NCBI GenBank assembly: GCA_964016885.1
Contig: CAXHJY010001549.1
Location: 62,001-126,000 of the forward strand
Length of the DNA: 64,000 bases
Direction of reading: 5' to 3'
DNA from: Eledone cirrhosa
Taxonomy: Eukaryota
The position numbers and the translations under genes were made by a program. The notes under the pieces were generated by a model that had not been told where the DNA came from, did no database searches, and worked only from the letters and a program-made list of their open reading frames with translations. Below, piece after piece: positions 26,901 through 38,900 of the stretch. Numbering within the stretch: position 1 is the stretch's first letter; every line of letters begins with the position of its first letter.

Positions 26901-29900
26901 TGGTGTTGTTGTTAGTGGTGGTGTTGTTAGTGGTGTTGTTGTTGGTGGTGTTGTTGTTAGTGGTGGTGGTGTTAGTGGTGGTGTTGTTAGTGGTGTTGTT
27001 GTTAGTGGTGGTGTTGTTAGTGGTGTTGTTGTTAGTGGTGGTGTTGTTGTTGGTGTTGGTGGTGTTGTTAGTGGTGTTGTTGTTAGTGGTGTTGGTGGTG
27101 TTGGTGGTGGTGTTGTTGTTAGTGGTGGTGTTGTTAGTGGTGGTGTTGTTAGTGGTGTTGTTGTTAGTGGTGGTGTTGTTAGTGGTGTTGTTGTTGTTGG
27201 TGTTGGTGTTGTTGTTAGTGGTGTTGTTGTTAGTGGTGGTGTTGTTAGTGGTGGTGTTGTTAGTGGTGTTGTTGTTAGTGGTGGTGTTGTTAGTGGTGGT
27301 GTTGTTAGTGGTGGTGTTGTTAGTGGTGGTGTTGTTAGTGGTGGTGTTGTTAGTGGTGGTGTTGTTGTTAGTGGTGTTGTTGTTAGTGGTGGTGTTGTTA
27401 GTGGTGTTGTTGTTAGTGGTGGTGTTGTTAGTGGTGTTGTTGTTAGTGGTGGTGTTGTTAGTGGTGTTGTTGTTAGTGGTGGTGTTGTTGTTAGTGGTGT
27501 TGCTGTTAGTGGTGGTGTTGTTAGTGGTGGTGTTGTCAGTGGTGGTGTTGTTAGTGGTGGTGTTGTTGTTAGTGGTGTTGTTGTTAGTGGTGTTGTTGTT
27601 AGTGGTGGTGTTGTTAGTGGTGTTGTTGTTAGTGGTGGTGTTGTTAGTGGTGGAGTTGTCAGTGGTGGTGTTGTTAGTGGTGGTGTTGTTGTTAGTGGTG
27701 TTGTTGTTAGTGGTGTTGTTGCTAGTGGTGTTGTTGTTAGTGGTGTTGTTGTTAGTGGTGTTGTTGTTAGTGGTGGTGTTGTCAGTGGTGGTGTTGTTGT
27801 TAGTGGTGGTGTTGTTAGTGGTGGTGTTGTTAGTGGTGGTGTTGTCAGTGGTGGTGTTGTTAGTGGTGTTGTTGTTAGTGGTGGTGTTGTTAGTGGTGGT
27901 GTTGTTGTTAGTGGTGGTGTTGTTAGTGGTGTTGTTGTTAGTGGTGGTGTTGTTAGTGGTGGTCTTGTTAGTGGTGTTGTTGTTAGTGGTGGTGTTGTCA
28001 GTGGTGGTGTTGTTGTTAGTGGTGTTGTTGTTAGTGGTGGTGTTGTTAGTGGTGGTGTTGTCAGTGGTGGTGTTGTTAGTGGTGTTGTTGTTAGTGGTGG
28101 TGTTGTTAGTGGTGGTGTTGTTGTTAGTGGTGTTGTTGTTAGTGGTGGTGTTGTTAGTGGTGTTGTTGTTAGTGGTGGTGTTGTTAGTGGTGGTCTTGTT
28201 AGTGGTGTTGTTGTTAGTGGTGGTGTTGTTAGTGGTGGTGTTGTTAGTGGTGTTGTTGTTAGTGGTGGTGTTGTTAGTGGTGGTGTTGTTAGTGGTGGTG
28301 TTGTTAGTGGTGTTGTTAGTGGTGGTGTTGTTAGTGGTGGTGTTGTTGTTAGTGGTGTTGTTGTTAGTGGTGGTGGTGTTAGTGATGGTGTTGTTGTTGT
28401 GTTGTTGTTAGTGGTGGTGTTGTTAGTGGTGTTGTTGTTAGTGGTGGTGGTGTTAGTGATGGTGTTGTTGTTGTGTTGTTGTTGTTGTTGTTAGTGGTGT
28501 TGTTGTTAGTGGTGTTTTTGTTAGTGGTGGTGTTGTTGTTAGTGGTGTTGTTGTTAGTGGTGGTGTTGTTAGTGGTGTTGTTGTTAGTGGTGGAGTTGTT
28601 AGTGGTGGTGTTGTTAGTGGTGGTTTTGTTAGTGGTGGTGTTGTTAGTGGTGTTGTTGTTAGTGGTGGAGTTGTTAGTGATGTTGTTGTTAGTGATGTTG
28701 TTAGTGGTGGTGTTGTTAGTGATGTTGTTAGTGGTGTTGTTGTTAGTGATGTTGTTAGTGGTGGTGTTGTTAGTGATGTTGTTGTTAGTGGTGGAGTTGT
28801 TAGTGGTGTTGTTGTTAGTGGTGTTGTTGTTAGTGGTGTTGTTGTTAGTGATGTTGTTAGTGGTGGTGTTGTTAGTGATGTTGTTAGTGGTGTTGTTGTT
28901 AGTGATGTTGTTAGTGGTGTTGTTAGTGGTGGTGTTGTTAGTGGTGTTGTTGTTAGTGGTGGTGTTGTTAGTGGTGTTGTTGTTAGTGGTGGAGTTGTTA
29001 GTAGTGTTGTTGTTAGTGGTGTTGTTGTTAGTGGTGTTGTTGTTGTTAGTGGTGGTGTTGTTAGTGGTGGTGTTGTTAGTGGTGGTGTTGTTGTTGGTGT
29101 TGGTGTTGTTGTTAGTGGTGTTGTTGTTAGTGGTGGTGTTGTTAGTGGTGGTGTTGTTAGTGGTGGTGTTGTTAGTGGTGGTGTTGTTGGTGTTGTTGTT
29201 AGTGATGTTGTTGTTAGTGGTGGTGTTGTTAGTGGTGTTGTTGTTAGTCGTGTTGTTGTTAGTGATGTTGTTAGTGGTGGTGTTGTTGTTAGTGGTGTTG
29301 TTGTTAGTGGTGGTGTTGTTAGTGGTGTTGTTGTTGTTGTGTTGTTGGTGGTGTTGTTGTGTTTGGTGTTGTTAGTGTTGGTGTTGTTGGTGGTGGTGTT
29401 GTTGGTGTTGGTGGTGTTGTTAGTGGTGTTGTTGGTGTTAGTGGTGTTGGTGTTGTTAGTGGTGTTGTTAGTGGTGGTGTTGTTAGTGGTGGTGTTGTTA
29501 GTGTTGGTGTTGTTAGTGGTGGTGTTGTTAGTGGTGTTGTTGTCAGTGGTGTTGTTGTCAGTGGTGTTGTTGTTAGTGGTGGTGTTGTTAGTGGTGGTGT
29601 TGTTAGTGGTGGTGTTGTTAGTGGTGTTGGTGGTGTTAGTGGTGGTGTTGTTGTTAGTGGTATTGGTTGTGTTGGTGGTGTTGTTGTTGTTAGTGGTGGT
29701 GTTGTTAGTGGTGGTGTTGTTAGTGTTGGTGTTGTTAGTGGTGGTGTTGTTAGTGGTGGTGTTGTTAGTGGTGGTGTTGTTGTTAGTGGTGGTGTTGTTA
29801 GTGGTGGTGTTGTTAGTGGTGGTGTTGTTGTTGGTGTTGGTGTTGTTGTTAGTGGTGTTGTTGTTAGTGGTGGTGTTGTTAGTGGTGTTGTTAGTGGTGG

Positions 29901-32900
29901 TGTTGTTGTTGGTGTTGGTGTTGTTGTTAGTGGTGTTGTTGTTAGTGGTGGTGTTGTTAGTGGTGTTGTTAGTGGTGGTATTGTTAGTGGTGTTGTTGTT
30001 AGTGGTGGTGTTGTTAGTGGTGTTGTTGTTAGTGGTGTTGTTGTTAGTGGTGTTGTTGTTAGTGGTGTTGTTGTTAGTGGTGTTGTTGTTGGTGGTGGTG
30101 TTGTTAGTGGTGGTGTTGTTAGTGGTGGTGTTGTTAGTGGTGTTGTTGGTGTTGGTGGTGTTGTTAGTGGTGTTGTTGTTAGTGGTGTTGTTGGTGTTGG
30201 TGGTGTTGTTGGTGGTGGTGTTGTTAGTGGTGGTGTTGTTAGTGGTGGTGTTGTTGGTGGTGGTGTTGTTGTTGGTAGTGTTGTCAGTGGTGGTGTTGTT
30301 AGTGGTGGTGTTGTTAGTGGTGTTGTTGTTAGTGGTGTTGTTGTTAGTGGTGGTGTTGTTAGTGGTGGTGTTGTTAGTGGTGGTGTTGTTAGTGGTGTTG
30401 TTGTTGTTAGTGGTGGTGTTGTTAGTGGTGGTGTTGTTAGTGGTGTTGTTAGTGGTGGTGTTGTTAGTGGTGTTGTTGTTAGTGGTGGTGTTGTTAGTGG
30501 TGTTGTTGTTAGTGGTGTTGTTGTTAGTGGTGGTGTTGTTAGTGGTGGTGTTGTTAGTGGTGTTGTTGTTGTTGTTAGTGGTGTTGTTGTTAGTGGTGGT
30601 GTTGTTAGTGGTGGTGTTGTTAGTGGTGGTGTTGTTAGTGGTGGTGTTGTTAGTGGTGTTGTTAGTGGTGTTGTTGTTAGTGGTGTTGTTGTCAGTGGTG
30701 GTGTTGTTAGTGGTGGTGTTGTTAGTGGTGTTGTTGTTGTTGTTAGTGGTGTTGTTGTTGTTGTTAGTGGTGGTGTTGTTAGTGGTGGTGTTGTTAGTGG
30801 TGGTGTTGTTAGTGGTGTTGTTGTTGTTGTTAGTGGTGGTGTTGTTAGTGGTGGTGTTGTTAGTGGTGGTGTTGTTAGTGGTGTTGTTGTTAGTGGTGGT
30901 GTTGTTAGTGGTGTTGTTGTTAGTGGTGTTGTTGTTAGTGGTGGTGTTGTTAGTGGTGTTGTTGTTAGTGGTGGTGTTGTTAGTGGTGTTGTTGTTAGTG
31001 GTGGTGTTGTTAGTGGTGGTGTTGTTAGTGGTGGTGTTGTTAGTGGTGGTGTTGTTAGTGGTGGTGTTGTTAGTGGTGTTGTTGTTAGTGGTGGTGTTGT
31101 TAGTGGTGTTGTTGTTAGTGGTGGTGTTGTTAGTGGTGTTGTTGTTAGTGGTGGTGTTGTTAGTGGTGTTGTTGTTAGTGGTGGTGTTGTTAGTGGTGTT
31201 GTTGTTAGTGGTGGTGTTGTTAGTGGTGGTGTTGTTAGTGGTGTTGTTGTTAGTGGTGGTGTTGTTAGTGGTGGTGTTGTTAGTGGTGGTGTTCTTAGTG
31301 GTGGTGTTGTTAGTGGTGGTGTTGTTAGTGGTGGTGTTGTTAGTGATGTTGTTGTTAGTGGTGGTGTTGTTAGTGGTGTTGTTGTTAGTGGTGGTGTTGT
31401 TAGTGGTGTTGTTGTTAGTGGTGGTGTTGTTAGTGGTGGTGTTGTTAGTGGTGGTGTTGTTAGTGGTGTTGTTGTTAGTGGTGGTGTTGTTAGTGGTGGT
31501 GTTGTTAGTGGTGGTGTTGTTAGTGGTGGTGTTGTTAGTGGTGGTGTTGTTAGTGGTGTTGTTGTTAGTGGTGGTGTTGTTAGTGGTGTTGTTGTTAGTG
31601 GTGGTGTTGTTAGTGGTGGTGTTGTTAGTGGTGTTGTTGTTAGTGGTGGTGTTGTTAGTGGTGGTGTTGTTAGTGGTGTTGTTGTTAGTGGTGTTGTTGT
31701 TGTTAGTGGTGTTGTTGTTAGTGGTGGTGTTGTTAATGGTGTTGTTGTTAGTGGTGGTGTTGTTAGTGGTGGTGTTGTTAGTGGTGGTGTTGTTAGTGGT
31801 GGTGTTGTTAGTGGTGGTGTTGTCAGTGGTGGTGTTGTTAGTGGTGTTGTTGTTAGTGGTGGTGTTGTTAGTGGTGTTGTTAGTGGTGTTGTTGTTAGTG
31901 GTGTTGTTGTTGTTAGTGGTGTTGTTGTTAGTGGTGGTGTTGTTAATGGTGTTGTTGTTAGTGGTGGTGTTGTTAGTGGTGGTGTTGTTAGTGGTGTTGT
32001 TGTTGTTAGTGGTGTTGTTGTTAGTGGTGGTGTTGTTAATGGTGTTGTTGTTAGTGGTGGTGTTGTTAGTGGTGGTGTTGTTAGTGGTGTTGTTGTTAGT
32101 GGTGTTGTTGTTGTTAGTGGTGTTGTTGTTAGTGGTGGTGTTGTTAATGGTGTTGTTGTTAGTGGTGGTGTTGTTAGTGGTGGTGTTGTTAGTGGTGGTG
32201 TTGTTAGTGGTGTTGTTGTTGTTAGTGGTGTTGTTGTTAGTGGTGGTGTTGTTAATGGTGTTGTTGTTAGTGGTGGTGTTGTTAGTGGTGGTGTTGTTAG
32301 TGGTGGTGTTGTCAGTGGTGGTGTTGTTAGTGGTGTTGTTGTTGTTAGTGGTGTTGTTGTTAGTGGTGGTGTTGTTAATGGTGTTGTTGTTAGTGGTGGT
32401 GTTGTTAGTGGTGGTGTTGTTAGTGGTGGTGTTGTCAGTGGTGGTGTTGTTAGTGGTGTTGTTGTTGTTAGTGGTGTTGTTGTTAGTGGTGGTGTTGTTA
32501 ATGGTGTTGTTGTTAGTGGTGGTGTTGTTAGTGGTGGTGTTGTTAGTGGTGGTGTTGTCAGTGGTGGTGTTGTTAGTGGTGTTGTTGTTGTTAGTGGTGT
32601 TGTTGTTAGTGGTGGTGTTGTTAATGGTGTTGTTGTTAGTGGTGGTGTTGTTAGTGGTGGTGTTGTTAGTGGTGGTGTTGTCAGTGGTGGTGTTGTTAGT
32701 GGTGTTGTTGTTAGTGGTGGTGTTGTTAGTGGTGGTGTTGTTAGTGGTGTTGTTGTTGTTAGTGGTGTTGTTGTTAATGGTGGTGTTGTTAGTGGTGGTG
32801 TTGTTAGTGGTGGTGTTGTTAGTGGTGGTGTTGTTAGTGGTGGTGGTGTTAGTGGTGGTGTTGTTGTTGGTGTTGTTGTTAGTGGTGGTGTTGTTAGTGG

Positions 32901-35900
32901 TGGTGGTGTTAGTGGTGGTGTTGTTGTTGGTGTTGTTGTTAGTGGTGGTGTTGTTAGTGGTGTTGTTGTTAGTGGTGTTGTTGTTAGTGGTGGTGTTGTT
33001 AGTGGTGGTGTTGTTAGTGGTGGTGTTGTTAGTGGTGGTGTTGTTAGTGGTGGTGTTGTTAGTGGTGGTGTTGTTGTTGGTGTTGTTGTTAGTGGTGGTG
33101 TTGTTAGTGGTGTTGTTGTTGGTGTTGGTGTTGTTAGTGGTGTTGTTGTTAGTGGTGGTGTTGTTAGTGGTGGTGTTGTTAGTGGTGTTGTTGTTAGTGG
33201 TGTTGGTGTTAGTGGTGTTGTTGTTAGTGGTGGTGTTGTTGGTGGTGTTGTTAGTGGTGTTGTTGTTAGTGGTGTTGTTGTTAGTGGTGGTGTTGTTAGT
33301 GGTGTTGTTGTTAGTGATGTTGTTGTTAGTGGTGGTGTTGTTAGTGGTGTTGTTGTTAGTGGTGGTGTTGTTGGTGGTGTTGTTGTTAGTGATGTTGTTA
33401 GTGGTGTTGTTGTTAGTGGTGTTGTTGTTAGTGGTGGTGTTGTTAGTGGTGGTGTTGTTAGTGGTGTTGGTGTTGTTGTTAGTGGTGTTGTTGTTAGTGG
33501 TGGTGTTGTTAGTGGTGGTGTTGTTAGTGATGTTGTTGTTAGTGGTGGTGTTGTTAGTGGTGTTGTTGTTAGTGGTGTTGGTGTTGTTGTTAGTGGTGGT
33601 GTTGTTAGTGTTGGTGTTGTTAGTGGTGGTGTTGTTAGTGGTGTTGTTGTTAGTGGTGGTGTTGTTAGTGGTGGTGTTGTTAGTGGTGTTGTTGTTAGTG
33701 GTGGTGTTGTTAGTGGTGTTGTTGTTGGTGTTGTTGTTAGTGGTGGTGTTGTTAGTGGTGGTGTTGTTAGTGGTGGAGTTGTTGGTGTTGTTGTTAGTGG
33801 TGTTGGTTGTGTTGGTGGTGTTGTTGTTGTTAGTGGTGGTGTTGTTAGTGATGGTGTTGTTAGTGTTGGTGTTGTTAGTGGTGGTGTTGTTAGTGGTGGT
33901 GTTGTTGTTAGTGGTGGTGTTGTTAGTGGTGGTGTTGTTAGTGGTGGTGTTGTTAGTGGTGGTGTTGTTGTTAGTGGTGGTGTTGTTAGTGGTGGTGTTG
34001 TTAGTGGTGGTGTTGTTGTTGGTGTTGGTGTTGGTGTTGTTGTTAGTGGTGTTGTTGTTAGTGGTGGTGTTGTTAGTGGTGGTGTTGTTAGTGGTGGTAT
34101 TGTTAGTGGTGTTGTTGTTAGTGGTGGTGTTGTTAGTGGTGTTGTTGTTAGTGGTGTTGTTGTTAGTGGTGTTGTTGTTAGTGGTGTTGTTGTTGGTGGT
34201 GGTGTTTTTAGTGGTGGTGTTGTTAGTGGTGGTGTTGTTAGTGGTGTTGTTGGTGTTGGTGGTGTTGTTAGTGGTGTTGTTGTTAGTGGTGTTGTTGGTG
34301 TTGGTGGTGTTGTTGGTGGTGGTGTTGTTAGTGGTGGTGTTGTTAGTGGTGGTGTTGTTGGTGGTGGTGTTGTTGTTGGTAGTGTTGTCAGTGGTGGTGT
34401 TGTTAGTGGTGGTGTTGTTAGTGGTGTTGTTGTTAGTGGTGTTGTTGTTAGTGGTGGTGTTGTTAGTGGTGGTGTTGTTAGTGGTGTTGTTAGTGGTGGT
34501 GTTGTTAGTGGTGGTGTTGTTAGTGGTGGTGTTGTTAGTGGTGGTGTTGTTAGTGGTGTTGTTAGTGGTGGTGTTGTTAGTGGTGTTGTTGTTAGTGGTG
34601 GTGTTGTTAGTGGTGTTGTTGTTAGTGGTATTGTTGTTAGTGGTGGTGTTGTTAGTGGTGGTGTTGTTAGTGGTGGTGTTGTTAGTGGTGGTGTTGTTAG
34701 TGGTGTTGTTAGTGGTGTTGTTGTTAGTGGTGTTGTTGTCAGTGGTGGTGTTGTTAGTGGTGGTGTTGTTAGTGGTGTTGTTGTTGTTGTTAGTGGTGTT
34801 GTTGTTGTTGTTAGTGGTGGTGTTGTTAGTGGTGCTGTTGTTAGTGGTGGTGTTGTTAGTGGTGTTGTTGTTGTTGTTAGTGGTGGTGTTGTTAGTGGTG
34901 GTGTTGTTAGTGGTGGTGTTGTTAGTGGTGTTGTTGTTAGTGGTGGTGTTGTTAGTGGTGGTGTTGTTAGTGGTGTTGTTGTTAGTGGTGGTGTTGTCAG
35001 TGGTGGTGTTGTTAGTGGTGTTGTTGTTAGTGGTGGTGTTGTTAGTGGTGTTGTTGTTAGTGGTGTTGTTGTTAGTGGTGTTGTTGTTGTTAGTGGTGTT
35101 GTTGTTAGTGGTGGTGTTGTTAATGGTGTTGTTGTTAGTGGTGGTGTTGTTAGTGGTGGTGTTGTTAGTGCTGGTGTTGTTAGTGGTGGTGTTGTTAGTG
35201 GTGGTGTTGTTAGTGGTGGTGTTGTTAGTGGTGGTGTTGTTAGTGGTGGTGTTGTTGTTAGTGGTGTTGTTGTTAGTGGTGGTGTTGTTAATGGTGTTGT
35301 TGTTAGTGGTGGTGTTGTTAGTGGTGTTGTTGTTGGTGGTGGTGTTGTTGGTGGTGGTGTTGTTAGTGGTGGTGTTGTTGTTGGTGTTGTTGTTAGTGGT
35401 GGTGTTGTTAGTGGTGGTGTTGTTAGTGGTGTTGTTGTTGGTGGTGTTGTTGTTAGTGGTGGTGTTGTTAGTGGTGGTGTTGTTGTTGGTGTTGTTGTTG
35501 GTGGTGTTGTTGTTAGTGGTGGTGTTGTTAGTGGTGTTGTTGTTAGTGGTGGTGTTGTTAGTGGTGTTGTTGTTGGTGGTGTTGTTGTTAGTGGTGGTGG
35601 TGTTAGTGGTGGTGTTGTTAGTGGTGTTGTTGTTAGTGGTGGTGTTGTTAGTGGTGTTGTTGTTAGTGGTGGTGTTGTTGTTGGTGTTGGTGGTGTTGTT
35701 AGTGGTGTTGTTGTTAGTGGTGTTGGTGGTGGTGTTGTTGTTAGTGGTGGTGTTGTTAGTGGTGGTGTTGTTAGTGGTGTTGTTGTTAGTGGTGGTGTTG
35801 TTAGTGGTGTTGTTGTTGTTGGTGTTGGTGTTGTTGTTAGTGGTGTTGTTGTTAGTGGTGGTGTTGTTAGTGGTGGTGTTGTTAGTGGTGTTGTTGTTAG

Positions 35901-38900
35901 TGGTGGTGTTGTTAGTGGTGGTGTTGTTAGTGGTGGTGTTGTTAGTGGTGGTGTTGTTAGTGGTGGTGTTGTTAGTGGTGGTGTTGTTGTTAGTGGTGTT
36001 GTTGTTAGTGGTGGTGTTGTTAGTGGTGTTGTTGTTAGTGGTGGTGTTGTTAGTGGTGGTGTTGTTAGTGGTGTTGTTGTTAGTGGTGGTGTTGTTAGTG
36101 GTGTTGTTGTTAGTGGTGGTGTTGTTGTTAGTGGTGTTGCTGTTAGTGGTGGTGTTGTTAGTGGTGGTGTTGTCAGTGGTGGTGTTGTTAGTGGTGGTGT
36201 TGTTGTTAGTGGTGATGTTGTTAGTGGTGTTGTTGTTAGTGGTGGTGTTGTTAGTGGTGTTGTTGTTAGTGGTGGTGTTGTTAGTGGTGGTGTTGTCAGT
36301 GGTGGTGTTGTTAGTGGTGGTGTTGTTGTTAGTGGTGTTGTTGTTAGTGGTGTTGTTGTTAGTGGTGTTGTTGTTAGTGGTGTTGTTGTTAGTGGTGTTG
36401 TTGTTAGTGGTGGTGTTGTCAGTGGTGGTGTTGTTGTTAGTGGTGGTGTTGTTAGTGGTGGTGTTGTTAGTGGTGGTGTTGTCAGTGGTGGTGTTGTTAG
36501 TGGTGTTGTTGTTAGTGGTGGTGTTGTTAGTGGTGGTGTTGTTGTTAGTGGTGGTGTTGTTAGTGGTGTTGTTGTTAGTGGTGGTGTTGTTAGTGGTGGT
36601 CTTGTTAGTGGTGTTGTTGTTAGTGGTGGTGTTGTTAGTGGTGTTGTTGTTAGTGGTGGTGTTGTCAGTGGTGGTGTTGTTGTTAGTGGTGTTGTTGTTA
36701 GTGGTGGTGTTGTTAGTGGTGGTGTTGTCAGTGGTGGTGTTGTTAGTGGTGTTGTTGTTAGTGGTGGTGTTGTTAGTGGTGGTGTTGTTGTTAGTGGTGT
36801 TGTTGTTAGTGGTGGTGTTGTTAGTGGTGTTGTTGTTAGTGGTGGTCTTGTTAGTGGTGTTGTTGTTAGTGGTGGTGTTGTTAGTGGTGGTGTTGTTAGT
36901 GGTGTTGTTGTTAGTGGTGGTGTTGTTAGTGGTGGTGTTGTTAGTGGTGGTGTTGTTAGTGGTGTTGTTAGTGGTGGTGTTGTTAGTGGTGGTGTTGTTG
37001 TTAGTGGTGTTGTTGTTAGTGGTGGTGGTGTTAGTGATGGTGTTGTTGTTGTGTTGTTGTTAGTGGTGGTGTTGTTAGTGGTGTTGTTGTTAGTGGTGGT
37101 GGTGTTAGTGATGGTGTTGTTGTTGTGTTGTTGTTGTTGTTGTTAGTGGTGTTGTTGTTAGTGGTGTTTTTGTTAGTGGTGGTGTTGTTGTTAGTGGTGT
37201 TGTTGTTAGTGGTGGTGTTGTTAGTGGTGTTGTTGTTAGTGGTGGTGTTGTTAGTGGTGTTGTTGTTAGTGGTGGTGTTGTTAGTGGTGGTGTTGTTGTT
37301 GTGTTGTTGTTGTTGTTAGTGGTGTTGTTGTTAGTGGTGTTGTTGTTAGTGGTGGTGTTGTTAGTGGTGGTGTTGTTAGTGGTGGTGTTGTTAGTGGTGT
37401 TGCTAGTGGTGTTGTTGTTAGTGGTGTTGTTGTTAGTGGTGGTGTTGTTAGTGGTGTTGTTGTTGGTGGTGTTGTTGTTGGTGGTGTTGTTGTTGGTGGT
37501 GTTGTTGTTAGTGGTGTTGTTGTTAGTGGTGGTGTTGTTAGTCGTGGTGTTGTTAGTCGTGGTGTTGTTAGTGGTGGTGTTGTTAGTGGTGGTGGTGTTA
37601 GTGGTGGTGGTGTTAGTGGTGGTGGTGTTAGTGCTGGTGGTGTTAGTGGTGGTGTTGTTAGTGGTGTTGTTGTTAGTGGTGTTGTTGTTAGTGGTGGTGT
37701 TGTTAGTGGTGGTGTTGTTAGTGGTGGTGTTGTTAGTGGTGGTGTTGTTAGTGGTGGTGTTGTTAGTGGTGTTGTTGTTAGTGGTGTTGTTGTTAGTGGT
37801 GTTGTTGTTAGTGGTGTTGTTGTTAGTGGTGTTGTTGTTAGTGGTGTTGTTAGTGGTGGTGTTGTTAGTGGTGTTGTTGTTAGTGGTGTTGTTGTTAGTG
37901 GTGGTGTTGTTAGTGGTGTTGTTGTTAGTGGTGTTGTTGTTAGTGGTGTTGTTGTTAGTGGTGGTGTTGTTAGTGGTGGTGTTGTTAGTGGTGGTGTTGT
38001 TAGTGGTGTTGTTGTTAGTGGTGTTGTTGTTAGTGGTGTTGTTGTTAGTGGTGGTGTTGTTAGTGGTGGTGTTGTTAGTGGTGGTGTTGTTAGTGGTGTT
38101 GTTGTTAGTGGTGGTGTTAGTGGTGTTGTTGTTAGTGGTGTTGTTGTTAGTGGTGTTGTTGTTAGTGGTGTTGTTGTTAGTGGTGTTGTTAGTGGTGGTG
38201 TTGTTGTTAGTGGTGTTGTTGTTAGTGGTGGTGTTGTTAGTGGTGTTGTTGTTAGTGGTGTTGTTGTTAGTGGTGGTGTTGTTAGTGGTGGTGTTGTTAG
38301 TGGTGGTGTTGTTAGTGGTGGTGTTGTTAGTGGTGTTGTTGTTAGTGGTGTTGTTGTTAGTGGTGTTGTTGTTAGTGGTGTTGTTGTTAGTGGTGGTGTT
38401 GTTAGTGGTGGTGTTGTTAATGGTGTTGTTGTTAGTGGTGGTGTTGTTAGTGGTGGTGTTGTTAGTGGTGGTGTTGTTAGTGGTGGTGTTGTTAGTGGTG
38501 GTGTTGTTAGTGGTGTTGTTGTTAGTGGTGGTGTTGTTAGTGGTGTTGTTGTTAGTGGTGGTGTTGTTAGTGGTGGTGTTGTTAGTGGTGGTGTTGTTAG
38601 TGGTGGTGTTGTTAGTGGTGTTGTTGTTAGTGGTGGTGTTGTTAGTGGTGGTGTTGTTAGTGGTGGTGTTGTTAGTGGTGGTGTTGTTAGTGGTGTTGTT
38701 GTTAGTGGTGTTGTTGTTAGTGGTGTTGTTGTTAGTGGTGGTGTTGTTAGTGGTGGTGTTGTTAGTGGTGGTGTTGTTAGTGGTGGTGTTGTTAGTGGTG
38801 TTGTTGTTAGTGGTGTTGTTGTTAGTGGTGTTGTTGTTAGTGGTGGTGTTGTTAGTGGTGGTGTTGTTAGTGGTGGTGTTGTTAGTGGTGTTGTTGTTAG

